DNA of 63,272 bases, filler included, from Octopus bimaculoides (Eukaryota), in the NCBI RefSeq assembly GCF_001194135.2. It is 7 parts of 6 records of this genome, joined end to end, with 100 filler letters (N's around TTAATTAATTAA, not from the genome) between each part and the next. Parts side by side here need not be neighbours in the genome. Positions count along the whole stretch, not along the records: positions 21,772 to 38,704 come from NC_068986.1; positions 38,805 to 43,102 come from NC_068996.1; positions 43,203 to 47,068 come from NW_026391146.1; positions 47,169 to 57,896 come from NC_068990.1; 3 more parts are not named here. The stretch is one strand, 5' to 3'. Made by a program: the position numbers and the translations under genes. Positions 37,846 through 51,389 of the stretch are shown here, piece by piece. Each line of letters opens with the position of its first letter. Position 1 is the stretch's first letter. A model generated the notes under the pieces. It was not told where the DNA came from. It ran no database searches and was given only the letters and a program-made list of their open reading frames with translations.

Positions 37846-38487
37846 CAAGGCACCACCCAGTGGGACTGAACACATAACCATACGGTTGGGAAACAAGCTT
37901 CTTACTACATATCCATGCCTGTGCCAATATTTATATATATTATTGGTGCAGGTAGAAATTATATCATACAATAGAATTTTATACAGGGTCAAGGGTTCAC
38001 CAGCTGCCCGGAGTACATCGAAACCCAAAAGATGATCATAACAACATGATTCTATAGTTGGCCTATAGGATTTCATCAATCCCGTAAAGATGAATGCCGA
38101 GTCTGACCTAAGCGAGATTTGAACCTTAAATAACTAAATTTCAACCTACATTGAAAACGTTACTTGCAAATTTTGTCACAAGGTACAAGGTTAGAAATTT
38201 CGGGAGTAGGAACTGAGTCGACTACATCCACTCCACTTTTGCTTTTAATTTCGACCCCGAACGGATGAAAGGCAAAGTCGACCTCGAAGGCATTTGAACT
38301 CAGAACGTAAAGACAGACGAAATGCTGCAAGACATTTTTCTCAGCTTGATAACTGTTCAGCCAGCTAACCACCTTATTTAATTGAAAATATCAAAAAACG
38401 AATTTGTTGATATGTTACTTGCTGTTTAACATTAAGCTTGTATACCAATTAAATTAGAACATTGTTGATAATGTAGTCCATATATAT

Positions 38488-38704
38488 TAGGCTGACCGAA
38501 AAGTTCGTTCACTTTTTGTCGACACTAAACTTCAAGCTAATAATTAGCTAACTTCAGTCTGTCCCTTGCATATGTCCCAAGTTAAATACTCGACACTTCA
38601 ACGTTGTTCGACGCGAATTTGCGGTGAGAGAGGGATCGATGACTCATGTTCTTTTTAACAAAAAAAAAAAACAAAAGCAAGAAAGCTGCAGAAGTTTGCA
38701 AGGA
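38488..38704 (+). mobile_element. Mariner 5' end, cut by a scaffold join
   Basis: TA-TTAGGCTGACCGAAAAGTTCG resembles the Hsmar1-type TIR; followed by a decayed start-of-transposase sequence. Confidence 0.5.
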
Positions 38705-39294
38705 NNNNNNNNNNNNNNNNNNNNNNNNNNNNNNNNNNNNNNNNNNNNTTAATTAATTAANNNNNNNNNNNNNNNNNNNNNNNNNNNNNNNNNNNNNNNN
38801 NNNNACCCCCACCCTCAGCCTACAACATACCCCATCTCAATCCCTACCTTTATTCTAACACACTCTCCACCCTTTCTTTCCCTCAATTCACTCAATCTTT
38901 GCATCCCCCACCTCCTAACACCATCACACCAAACCACACAACACTACACCATACACCACCATACCACACAACACATCACAACACATCACGCCACCACGCA
39001 CACACTAGCACTGACTACTTCTCAGCCCCACAACCACACATTTGCACATACACACACGCACATACACACACGCACATACACACACGCACACGTCAAGGTC
39101 ACCAGCCCTCTTCCACACGCACATACATACTCTCTTATACATACGCACGCGCACCTTCGTTTTGGGATCACCACTACTTTATTATCTCCCCTTCTTCTTA
39201 GCTCTCCTGTGTGACCCCTCAGTCCAGCATTCACCATGATAGACAGCTAGCCACTACACATTCTTTATTTTCTCTCCTTGTTTCTTTCTTTGTT

Positions 39295-39332
39295 CCTTTC
39301 TGTGGAAGAGCATAGGCTCGATACGTTAAAGA
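39295..39332 (+). ncRNA. Decayed minimal hammerhead-like motif (same family as 61036-61072)
   Basis: CCUUU-CUGUGGA-A-GAGC(AUAG)GCUC-GAU-ACGU-U/AAAGA. Confidence 0.45.
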
Positions 39333-39499
39333 CTTTTTCACTTCCCGAGCGTTAAACTAATACATCTGTTTGTTGTCTACACCACCTGTTTTTGTCTTTT
39401 GTTTTTGTTTTGTTTTGTGAATTCTCCCACTATATATATGTGTGTGTGTCTGTCTGTCTGTCTGTGTTTGTGTCTTTGTGTGCGTATGTACGTATGTAT

Positions 39500-39536
<37 letters not shown>

Positions 39537-39994
39537 TAAATAGATACTTGTTTATATATGTGTGCGTTTATACCTATATAATATATAAATATATATGCAT
39601 ATAGACACCCGTATGTATGCATATTTTTATACATAAATATGTGTTTACTCATATAGACATAAATTTTAAAATGTGCACAAATGCATGTGCACACAGCTGC
39701 TTCTGTGTGAACATATATATGTATGTATATGTCGATGAATGTAAAAAGATAAATTAATTAATATGATCCACAAATAAATAAAAGTTTAAAAAGCTGTAAA
39801 ATCTAATAAACAATTCCTGAAAAGTGTGTCGAGTGAGAAATTATATACAAATCTACCTATGTAGCTAACTGTCTATGCATTCACATACGCAAACACCGAT
39901 ATGTAAATTTATATGTGTGCATTTATTTATGCATCTGTTTATCTATTCATCTTTTATTTTTTCACTCGTTCCCTCTCACCCTCCCTCATTCTCC

Positions 39995-40025
<31 letters not shown>

Positions 40026-40410
40026 TCTTGTTAGCTCACTCGCTCTCTCACTATGAGTCTATATGTGTGTGTGTGTGTGAGTGTGTGCATATATTCAACC
40101 ACACACGTATACACACACATATATATATATGTATACAAACACACATGTATACATATATATAGTTACCTATCTATCTATCTATATATATATACACAGGCAA
40201 ACACCGATATGTAAACTTATGTGTGCAGTATCACTTTAGCTATTTATCACACAACACACACATATGCACACACATATATAGAGACACACATATATATGTA
40301 TGTATGGATATGTATATATATGTACGTATATATGTATATATATATATATACATATATACGTATGTATAAATATGTATATATATGTATATATATCTATATA
40401 TGTATATATG

Positions 40411-40516
<106 letters not shown>

Positions 40517-41753
40517 AATATATATATGCATACATAGATATATATACATAGATATGCACATACGTATGCACACACACACAGAAACATCCTCGCGTGCCTT
40601 ATAACCATTATAGTGTAAATGCGTGGAAAACTAGTTTGTAAATACACGGAAATATGGAATGTCTCGCTCACCGTGTTTACGTTTTGTAGTATAATTTCTG
40701 ATGCATAGTTTGAAACTAAATTAAATAATTTTAATATTTAATTTAATACGCCACGTAATATATAAATTATGTTCCTATCTATCTATATATGTACAATAAA
40801 TAATTCTTATGTTTGTGATATTTGTCAAGCTTAAAAGTGTAGTATTTTTTATACAGTTTTGTTGTGTATCTATGTCTATCAATGTATGTATGTGTTGCAT
40901 GTTATAAATGTGTATCTGTTTACATATAATATATAATAATATATATTAATGATGAATATGTATCCGCTAATTCATACATTGACACACACACATATGTACA
41001 TTAACATATATCCGTATATAGATATATCTATATATATGCATAATGCGTGTGTGCATATATGTATATATTTGTGTGCATGTTGGAATGTGCTTGTTTACAA
41101 AGAATATTTTCTTACATATACTGGTGAATACGAATCTAGCATTTCTGTGTGTATATATATATATATATATATNNNNNNNNNNNNNNNNNNNNNNNNNNNN
41201 NNNNNNNNNNNNNNNNNNNNNNNNNNNNNNNNNNNNNNNNNNNNNNNNNNNNNNNNNNNNNNNNNNNNNNNNNNNNNNNNNNNNNNNNNNNNNNNNNNNN
41301 NNNNNNNNNNNNNNNNNNNNNNNNNNNNNNNNNNNNNNNNNNNNNNNNNNNNNNNNNNNNNNNNNNNNNNNNNNNNNNNNNNNNNNNNNNNNNNNNNNNN
41401 NNNNNNNNNNNNNNNNNNNNNNNNNNNNNNNNNNNNNNNNNNNNNNNNNNNNNNNNNNNNNNNNNNNNNNNNNNNNNNNNNNNNNNNNNNNNNNNNNNNN
41501 NNNNNNNNNNNNNNNNNNNNNNNNNNNNNNNNNNNNNNNNNNNNNNNNNNNNNNNNNNNNNNNNNNNNNNNNNNNNNNNNNNNNNNNNNNNNNNNNNNNN
41601 NNNNNNNNNNNNNNNNNNNNNNNNNNNNNNNNNNNNNNNNNNNNNNNNNNNNNNNNNNNNNNNNNNNNNNNNNNNNNNNNNNNNNNNNNNNNNNNNNNNN
41701 NNNTCCAATGCATTGAATATATAATTGTTAAAGAGGATAACAAAAATTAAGGC

Positions 41754-42417
41754 AAGTCTAAAGTTGTTGGGGAGGAAAATTAATAGTAATTGCTTGTGTC
41801 CGTTCTGGCAAAGGTCAGTGGCTGTAGAATTATTTTTTGCAATGGAGTTATGGGTATGTAGGTAGTCGAGAATGGAAGAGCTGGTTGAATGTTAAATTAT
41901 TTATGAGTGGGAGTTAGAGTTAGTGGATTTATATTAGGGGATTTATTGGGTTAAGGTTTAAAAATAAATTAACGATAAATTAATAAATTGATATTTATCT
42001 CATGAAGTAAAGTAGATAGAAGAGAGATTAGATATAAGGTAGAAATAAGAGTTATAGATATAGAACGCTTATGTGTTAATGATCCTAGAGGTTTGTATGA
42101 GGGTGGTATTCGTGGGGTGAGCTTGCATTTAGATTTATGAAAGCATTTAAAAGTGTGGAAGAATTTGTGGTTACACGTAGTGTATTTATTAAGAAATTGT
42201 GGCGAGTTGTGGACTAAAATTTTGAGAGTTTCATTTAAGCAGAGTCCCTAATTCTAACTCTCACTCATAAATAACTTAACATTCAGCTAGCTCTACCATT
42301 CTTGACTACCTACATACCCATAACCCCATTGCTAAAAATAACTCTACAGCCACTGACCTTAGCCAGAACGGAGACAAGTAGTTACTACTAAATTTCCTCC
42401 CCAACAACTCTAGACTT
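41754..42417. repeat. Long inverted repeat / fold-back element (~170-bp arms, ~325-bp spacer)
   Basis: 41754-41923 is the reverse complement of 42248-42417 with scattered mismatches; no clear TSD. Confidence 0.85.
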
Positions 42418-42948
42418 TAAGATCACCACAGACATCTACTAGTCTCTAAATCCCTTTCATTTTGTTCTATTTTTTACCCTACATTCTTCTATCGCCTCAT
42501 CCTCTCTCTTATCTTCTCGGCTATTCCTTACACAATTCTTAGATACCATACACCTATGCACCTTACTTTATCCTATAGCCAATCCTTAAAATCCACTCCT
42601 CCCTCTATCTGCCTCTCTATTTGTCTTCTTTCCTTTCCTTTTACCATTTAATAGCCACTTCCGCTACCGTTCTGTTATTGAACGTCGAAATGTTCGCGTC
42701 TTTTTCCTCGGGATGTCTAATATATCAGGATTTTAACCCACGTAGATCTAAGCACAATTTTACCTAAGGACTTACGCTCATAGATCTACGTAGGAGTGCC
42801 CCTAAGGACTCATGCTCCTGTTTCTATAACTTCGGAAAGATGAACTATGAACTTTTAATGCTTCTTTCTTCTTCTTTATTTCCACCTCCTTATTCTTTTA
42901 CCCCCTTCCTCTATGTTGTCATCCTCATTTTCCTATTTTTCCCTTTAT

Positions 42949-43004
42949 GTCTCTGATTACGAAATATCCCATACTCGGAGATATCCTAGAAACAGCTGTA
43001 AGAC
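42949..43004 (+). ncRNA. Decayed hammerhead-like motif with ACAGCUGU palindromic stem III
   Basis: GUCU-CUGAUUA-degenerate stem II-GAA-ACAGCUGU-A/AGAC; GAAACAGCTGTAAG recurs at 44267. Confidence 0.4.
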
Positions 43005-43202
43005 CTTTTGCAATAATGATATTGTATACGACTTGAGATGTTTGCCTTGCCTTACTATTTGTTGTCTTCTTTAACAATTTTTTTATATATATATATATAT
43101 ATNNNNNNNNNNNNNNNNNNNNNNNNNNNNNNNNNNNNNNNNNNNNTTAATTAATTAANNNNNNNNNNNNNNNNNNNNNNNNNNNNNNNNNNNNNNNNNN
43201 NN

Positions 43203-43377
43203 GATGATGATGATGACGATGATGATGACGATGATGATGATGATGATGAGGATGATGACGATGATGATGACGATGATGATGATGATGATGATGGTGGTGA
43301 TGTTGGTGGTGGTTGTAGTGATGATGATGATAGTGGTGGTGATGATGACAACGATGATGATTGCGATGATGATGATT

Positions 43378-43412
<35 letters not shown>

Positions 43413-43479
43413 AATAATGATGGTGATGACGTCTACGATGACGATAATAAGAAAGACGATGATGATGCTGATGAAAATT

Positions 43480-43513
<34 letters not shown>

Positions 43514-43650
43514 GGAAGAGGAGGAGGAGGACGGTAACGACAACTTCGAAGTCGTCGATAATACTGATAATAGTGATGACAGTGATGATGATGACAATAT
43601 GAAATTGATGACAACGAAGATGATGACAACGACGTAGACGATGATGCTAT
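43203..43650. repeat. (GAT/GAC/GGT)n trinucleotide array
   Basis: Direct reading; similar arrays at 56870-57012 and 62780-63050. Confidence 0.95.
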
Positions 43651-44829
43651 TAATTATAATTTCGCGAAAAACACAGCATTGAAATTTGAATAGCAAATGA
43701 TTTATTTATATTACGCAACGCAACTTAATTGCGTAACACAATTATGCAAATTATGTATCTCATCTTAATACCGCAATTGTAATGATAATGAATTGCATAA
43801 CTTCAATTTAAATATGTAAATTATGTCATCTAACTATAATATGCAAATTAAATATTAATATTAAATCATTCATTTTAAACTATGCATCATAACATTTATA
43901 TATAACTTAAATATGTAAATTACGTATCGCGAATGAATCATGTCATTTAATTAACGAAAATACGTTACCCAATTTAATTATGTAACTTATATTCTTTTCT
44001 ACTCTAGGCACAAGGCCCGAAATTTTTGGAGAGGGGATCAGTCAATTAGATCGACTCCAGTACATAAACTGCTACTTAATTTATCAACCCTGAAAGGATG
44101 AAAGGTAAAGTCGACCTCGGTGGAGTTTGAACTCAGAACGTAAAGACAGACGCAATACCGCTAAGCATTTCGCCCAGCTCACCGCTTTTATTCTTTTCTC
44201 CTGTGTGCCGGAGCAATTAGCAGACAGGAGCTATAGGGATAGAATGGGGCATGCCAACGCTAGGCGGAAACAGCTGTAAGTTTCTGTATATTCTCCAATT
44301 GCTAAATGTACTTTATATTTGTAACCTTAATTGTTAATATGGCATGGTATGTCATAAGCATCTGTATATTGTGGTTTTTGTCATTTTAGTTACAAAATAA
44401 ACAAATTAATTCAATGGAATACACTGTCTGCAAGTCAATGGATACAGCATATTCTCCTCCATTTTCTTATTGTTNNNNNNNNNNNNNNNNNNNNNNNNNN
44501 NNNNNNNNNNNNNNNNNNNNNNNNNNNNNNNNNNNNNNNNNNNNNNNNNNNNNNNNNNNNNNNNNNNNNNNNNNNNNNNNNNNNNNNNNNNNNNNNNNNN
44601 NNNNNNNNNNNNNNNNNNNNNNNNNNNNNNNNNNNNNATATATATGTATGGAAATATACACACACACACGCATATATATGTATATATACACACATATATA
44701 TGTACAAATATATATGTATACGTATATATATATATATATATATATGCGGTAGAATAAGAAATAGAAAGTCCTTGGTACATTATTATATATTTGAAAAAAT
44801 GAATAAAAATGGCGTTTCTGCTTTAATTA

Positions 44830-45685
44830 CACTGGTTTACAACAATTTTCTTTTGCTCTGAAGCAAGGATGTGAATAGGTGCCTTTTCTAAATTCATTTT
44901 GATGAGGTAAATTCAATTTTTTGAGCAGTTTTGCTTTATCACCACTAGTTTTTTTTTTGCTTTCACACATCCCATTTTAATTATACCACATATAAATTCA
45001 AAATATGTGTTTTTTTCATCTGTTACAAAGGCATATTACATTGCTCTCCATCTTAGTAATATCTCGGTGGAACCTTTCTCCATGCTCATCACTCATTGCT
45101 TCGAGCTTCGGAGGAGAGAAGTTGAGGTGGGAGTGGAGAAAATGAATTTTGAGTGACATTCTGCATCCCATGTCTTCATAAGACTGTAACAACTTCTCGA
45201 TACACTTTTGGTCATCTAGTACCCGCGTGATATCAAGGAAGCCATGGCAGACTGATTGATTTAAATGCTTCCCATGCTCCCAGTTCCTTTAAGGTAATAA
45301 GCTCCTCAAAGTCCTTATCCTTCAGCACCTCTCGGATCTGAAGTCCACCGAAGATACCCTCCTTGAGCTTAACAGAACTCAGCTGGGAATAGAATGCAGT
45401 CGTGTTGGAAGGCAGCGCTTTTTTTGTCTATGGCATTCACGAAATTCTTCATTAAATCAAGCTTGATATGAAGAGGAAGAAGAACCTTGTTCATGTCCAT
45501 CAGAGGATTTTCTTGGACACTGTGTTTAGCAGGCATGAAAGTGCTCCTAGATCTCCAGTCTTTCTGCTTGTAGTGCTTGGACACAGCCCGACTGTCACAC
45601 AGACAGAGAAAGCAACAGTACTTTGCGAAGCCTGCTTGCTTACCCATAAAGAGCCCAGTGACTTTGAGGTCCATGCAGAGACTAA
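44830..45685 (-). mobile_element. DNA transposon transposase 3' half, probably CMC/Chapaev3-like
   Basis: DLKV..L.G.QAGFAKYCCFLCLCDSR, LHIKL.LMKNFV, KEGIF.G.QIR, GCRMSLKIHFLHSHL, SDEHGERFH; putative terminus TTA/CACTGG at 44830. Superfamily assignment is from memory. Confidence 0.7.
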
Positions 45686-45769
45686 GTATATATATATATA
45701 TATATACATATATATAAAATTATATATATATATACATACACAAACACACATATACATACATACATACAT

Positions 45770-45835
<66 letters not shown>

Positions 45836-46567
45836 NNNNNNNNNNNNNNNNNNNNNNNNNNNNNNNNNNNNNNNNNNNNNNNNNNNNNNNNNNNNNNNNN
45901 NNNNNNNNNNNNNNNNNNNNNNNNNNNNNNNNNNNNNNNNNNNNNNNNNNNNNNNNNNNNNNNNNNNNNNNNNNNNNNNNNNNNNNNNNNNNNNNNNNNN
46001 NNNNNNNNNNNNNNNNNNNNNNNNNNNNNNNNNNNNNNNNNNNNNNNNNNNNNNNNNNNNNNNNNNNNNNNNNNNNNNNNNNNNNNNNNNNNNNNNNNNN
46101 NNNNNNNNNNNNNNNNNNNNNNNNNNNNNNNNNNNNNNNNNNNNNNNNNNNNNNNNNNNNNNNNNNNNNNNNNNNNNNNNNNNNNNNNNNNNNNNNNNNN
46201 NNNNNNNNNNNNNNNNNNNNNNNNNNNNNNNNNNNNNNNNNNNNNNNNNNNNNNNNNNNNNNNNNNNNNNNNNNNNNNNNNNNNNNNNNNNNNNNNNNNN
46301 NNNNNNNNNNNNNNNNNNNNNNNNNNNNNNNNNNNNNNNNNNNNNNNNNNNNNNNNNNNNNNNNNNNNNNNNNNNNNNNNNNNNNNNNNNNNNNNNNNNN
46401 NNNNNNNNNNNNNNNNNNNNNNNNNNNNNNNNNNNNNNNNNNNNNNNNNNNNNNNNNNNNNNNNNNNNNNNNNNNNNNNNNNNNNNNNNNNNNNNNNNNN
46501 NNNNNNNNNNNNNNNNNNNNNNNNNNNNNNNNNNNNNNNNNNNNNNNNNNNNNNNNNNATATGCATG

Positions 46568-46598
<31 letters not shown>

Positions 46599-48309
46599 TT
46601 GTATGTACGTATGTATGTATGTTGGCATAGATATAGTAAGTGATAGCTTTAAAAACGCGAGAAAGACATCCAAGAAAGAGAACCTAATGCGCGGGGGACT
46701 GAACATTAACGTATGAAACCTTTTGTTAGCTGTGATTGTTACATGAGTGACTCAAAGGCCTACAGTTTCGTATCAAAGCACTTACCGAACATTAGAACTT
46801 TGTGTTACTCTGTCAGCAAACTCAGCAATTAACAGATCAATAACACACATGCACACACGTATGAAGAATGTGTCTGTGAGTGCGCATGTGTGTAGGCGTG
46901 TGTGTGCATGTGTGTGTTTGTGCATGTGTGTGTGTGCATGTGTGTGTGTGTGCAGGTGTGAGTGTAGATATGTGTCTGTGTGAGCTAAATTGAGAGACAG
47001 AGAGGGAAAGAGAGATATATATGAAGAAATAGGCATAGAGAGATGGATAGAGCTATATATATATATATNNNNNNNNNNNNNNNNNNNNNNNNNNNNNNNN
47101 NNNNNNNNNNNNTTAATTAATTAANNNNNNNNNNNNNNNNNNNNNNNNNNNNNNNNNNNNNNNNNNNNATATATATATATATATATATATATAGGTATGT
47201 ATGTATATCATTCTCTTTTAATACCTTATTACTTAACACACTGACTGGTTCAATTTCCACTCATTTACTTATTTATTTTTTCTAAAATTTTTGTTTATCT
47301 TGTAACCTTTTCAATAATCATTGACTCTTTCTTTCTCTCTCTCTCCCTCTCTCTCTCTCTCTCTGTATATATATATATTTATCATCATCATTGTTTAACA
47401 TCCACTCTCTGATGATGTGTATGTGTGTGTATGTGTGTGTGAGTGTGTGTGTGTATTCTTTTATTCTTTTATTCTTTTACTTGTTTCAGTCATTTGACTG
47501 CAGCCATGCTGGAGCACCGCCTTTATTCGACCAAATCGACCCCAGGAGTTATTCATTGTAAGCCTAGTAATTATTCTATCATTCTCTTTTCTCAAACCGC
47601 TAAGTTACGGGGACGTAAAAACACCAACATCGGTTGTCAAGCAATGGTGGGGGACAAACACAGACACACAAATACATACATAAATATATATATATATGTA
47701 TACACACACGATGGGCATCTTTCAGTTTCCATCAACCGGATCCACTCACAAGGCTTTGGTTGGCTTGAGGCTATAGTAGAAGACACCCAATGTGCTACAG
47801 AGTGGGATTGAACTTGGAGCTATGTGGTTGGTTGGTTGGGAAGCAAGCTTCTTGCCACACAGCAACTGTATATATATATATATATATATATNNNNNNNNN
47901 NNNNNNNNNNNNNNNNNNNNNNNNNNNNNNNNNNNNNNNNNNNNNNNNNNNNNNNNNNNNNNNNNNNNNNNNNNNNNNNNNNNNNNNNNNNNNNNNNNNN
48001 NNNNNNNNNNNNNNNNNNNNNNNNNNNNNNNNNNNNNNNNNNNNNNNNNNNNNNNNNNNNNNNNNNNNNNNNNNNNNNNNNNNNNNAAAAGAAGCTGACA
48101 GAATATGTGCCAGCCTTAAAAATAATTACTGGAATAAACACCTCAACATGCTCCAGTATGGCTACAGCCCAATAATGGAAACAAATAAAAGAACATAGGG
48201 TTGAATAGGGTTTCCAACCCCTTCGAATGAAAATGCTATTGCATCTCTTACCATTTCACATCATGTTTGTTCCCTAGTAACACACTTTATATAGATTGTG
48301 TATCTATTT

Positions 48310-48900
48310 TTTTCTACCCTAGGCACAAGGTCTGAAGTTCTTGGGCAGGGTACCAGTCAATTAGATTGACCTCAGTATGTATCTGGTACTTAATCTATCA
48401 ATCCCAAAAGGATGAAGGGTAAAGTCGACCGTGGCGGAATTTGAACTCAAAATGTACATAAATATTCTTTTCTACTCTAGGCACAAGGCCCAAAACTTTT
48501 GGCTGGGGGTGGGGAAGTCGATTAGATTGACCCCAGTATGCAACTGGTACTTAATTTATCGACTCCTGAAAGGATGAAAGGCAAAATCAACCTCAGTGGA
48601 ATTTGAACTTAGATCATAAAGACAGACAACATACTAGATATTTTGCCTGGTTTGCTAACGTTTCTTATTTCTTTATTGCCCAGAAGGGGCTAAACATAGA
48701 GGGGACAAACAAGGACAGACAAAGGGATTAGGTCGATTACATCGACCCCAATGTGTAACTTGTGCTTAATTTATCGACCCCGAAAGGATGAAAGGCAAAG
48801 TTGACTTCGGCGGAATTTGAACTCAGAACGTAACGGCAGATGAAATACCGCTAATCATTTCGCCCGGTGTGCTAACGTTTCTGCCAGCTAGCCACCTTAG
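48310..48900 (-). mobile_element. Tandem trimer of SINE family B
   Basis: Three consecutive copies with tail-to-body junctions and two alternative tails. Confidence 0.8.
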
Positions 48901-50519
48901 ATTGTGTATCTGCTGTTTGATTACCAACCATACCAAAGCTCATAGTTACTTCAGCCTCGTTTTCACTGCTGCATTTTAGATAATCATGTTTCTTACATTT
49001 ATTATATTATATGATAATGGAAACTTATAATTTGTTGGTTGTTTCTGAGTTATTTTTCTGCTTTGGTACTTGATTCTTTCTTCTCATAAAATGACTGCAC
49101 AATAGAATAGTTATTTTGAAGTATTTGTTGAGGTTTTGGTTGGCTTTAGCTCACCTAACTGCAAAAGTAAGTATTTTGCTTCTTGCTATGTACAAAAAAA
49201 TATTTCTTTCTAAGAAAAAACAGAAAAATAAACAGAAACTCAGAAATGAGAAAAAAAAACTGTTTTAAAAAACATAAGGAATTTTTTTGACACAGAAATT
49301 ATTTACTGACGCTTTTTTTTTTTTGGAAATTTTGAAGGGACAAAAATGGGTAGAAAAAAGCAGGAAAATTGTAGGGAAAATTGTTAGAACAGTAACTTGA
49401 AAGCACAAGTTGAAGGGCTTAAACTCCACAAAGATTTAAGGTCATTTTAAACTTACTTGTGTGTGTGTGTGTGTGTATGTGTGTGATCACCTTTTAATGT
49501 CCTGTTTTCCATGCTGGCATGGGTTAAACAGTTTGACAAAAATAGATGAACCAGAGGGCTCCCCGAGGTTCTCTGACTGCTTTGGCATTGTTTCTACAGC
49601 TGGATGCCCTTCCTAATGCCAACCACATACAGAGTGTACTAGGTGCTTTTTATGTGGTACCAGCACCAGTGAGGTTGCTAATCACATGCAAGATAAAACC
49701 CCTCAGCTGAGCAGAGTATGAACTGGAGGAACAGCAAACTATGACAGAGGGAGGAAAAAGTATGTTCATGATAATTTCTCCTACACTTGCTTAGTATTTA
49801 TTAACCAGTGAGACTACTAAGCACAGTAGTAACTACTTTACTTCAATGGAAGCAGACTGGGTGATGATACTCAATGTGGAGTTTTAAACTCAGACACACG
49901 TACCCATAACATAGTTCTTAGGGAGATTCAGCCTGAGACAGGGTGTGACAAGGCTGACCCCCTTTGCATTACATGTATAACACATTTTTGCTAGTCGAGT
50001 GGCATAGAGCAGCATGAAATAAAGTGTCTTGCTCAAGAACACAATGCACCACCAGGTACTGAACTCATGACTTTATGATTGTGAGCAGAATACCCTAACC
50101 ACTAAACCACCTACCTTCACTAGTTTAATAAATAAATGTTCATAAAGCCTCAAGATGTTCATAAGTGCTAGCATTTAGCTGCTATTTTCATAGACTCAAG
50201 TGGAAAGGAGATAAAGCTTCCCTTGGGTTCTGACATCAGTTTATCTAAGTTTCATTATATGTTCTTAATAATATATGAACTGAAATAAAATTGCATAAAT
50301 TATTCTTCTCAGAAATAATCAGCTGATTAGAAGCCATTATCTCATCACTGATCTGAGAGCTTCTCACTTAACTCATTTCTATTCATCCCTTTAGAGTCAG
50401 TAAACAATTTTGTCATTTAACCTCAGATCAGCATTGATTAAGAAGCTTAAAGGTATTCCAACTATGGCCATCCCTGTCAGTTATTCAGATTTTATGTATA
50501 TGGGCTCAGGCATGGCTGT

Positions 50520-50935
50520 GTTATTTCTTTATTACCCACAAAGGGCTACACGCAGAGGGGACAAACAAGGACAGACAAATGGATTAAGTCGATTATATTG
50601 ACCGCAGTGCATAACTGGTACTTATTTAATCGACCCCGAAAGGATGAAAGGCAAAGTCAACCTTGGCGGAATTTGAACTCAGAACGTAGCGGCAAACAAA
50701 ATATCTATTTCTTTTATTGCCCACAGGGTGCTACACACAGAGGGGACAAACAAGGACAGACAAACGGATTAAGTCGATTATATCGACCCTAGTGCATAAC
50801 TGGTACTTAATTTATCGACCCCGAAAGGATGAAAGGCAAAGTCGACCTCGGCGGAATTTGAACTCAGAACATAGTGGCAGACGAAATACCACTAAGCATT
50901 TCGCCCGGTGTGCTAACATTTCTGCCAGCTCGCCT
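50520..50935 (-). mobile_element. Tandem dimer of SINE family B
   Basis: ~185-bp unit repeated at 50520-50700 and 50705-50935. Confidence 0.8.
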
Positions 50936-51389
50936 CAGGCATGGCTGTGTGGTAAGAAGCTTGCTTCCCAACCACATCGTTCCGAGTTCAGTCCCACTGT
51001 GTGGCATCTTGGGCAAGTGTCTTCTACTATAACCTCAGGCTGACTAAAGACTTGTAAGTGAATTTGGTAAACAGAAACTAAAATAAGCCTGTCGTATATA
51101 TGTATATATATATATTTGCATGTGTGTGTGTCTATGTGTCTTTGTACATAAGTTTGTCCCAACCACCACTTGACAAATGGTGTTAGCGTGTTTATGCTCC
51201 TGCACCCAGGCAGTTCAGGAAATGATATCAATACAGTAAGTACCAGGCTTGACAAAAAAAATAATAAGCACTTGGGTTGATAAGTTTGACTAAAATTCTT
51301 CAAGGTGGTGCCCAACCATGGCCGCGGTCATATAACTGAAACAAGTAACAGCTAAAGGATAAGTATAAGTTAGCCAATATTTCTTTTTA

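Noticed and set aside
43147-43696. Poly-His, poly-Met, poly-Asp and poly-Ser ORFs (also 56721-57037 and 62738-63272)
   Set aside because: Trinucleotide microsatellites open in several frames at once.
48252-48285. Minus-strand VLLGNKHDVK resembling a small-GTPase G4 motif before a GTAAGA donor
   Set aside because: In-frame stop immediately upstream, poor acceptor, and no G1 or G3 exons found.
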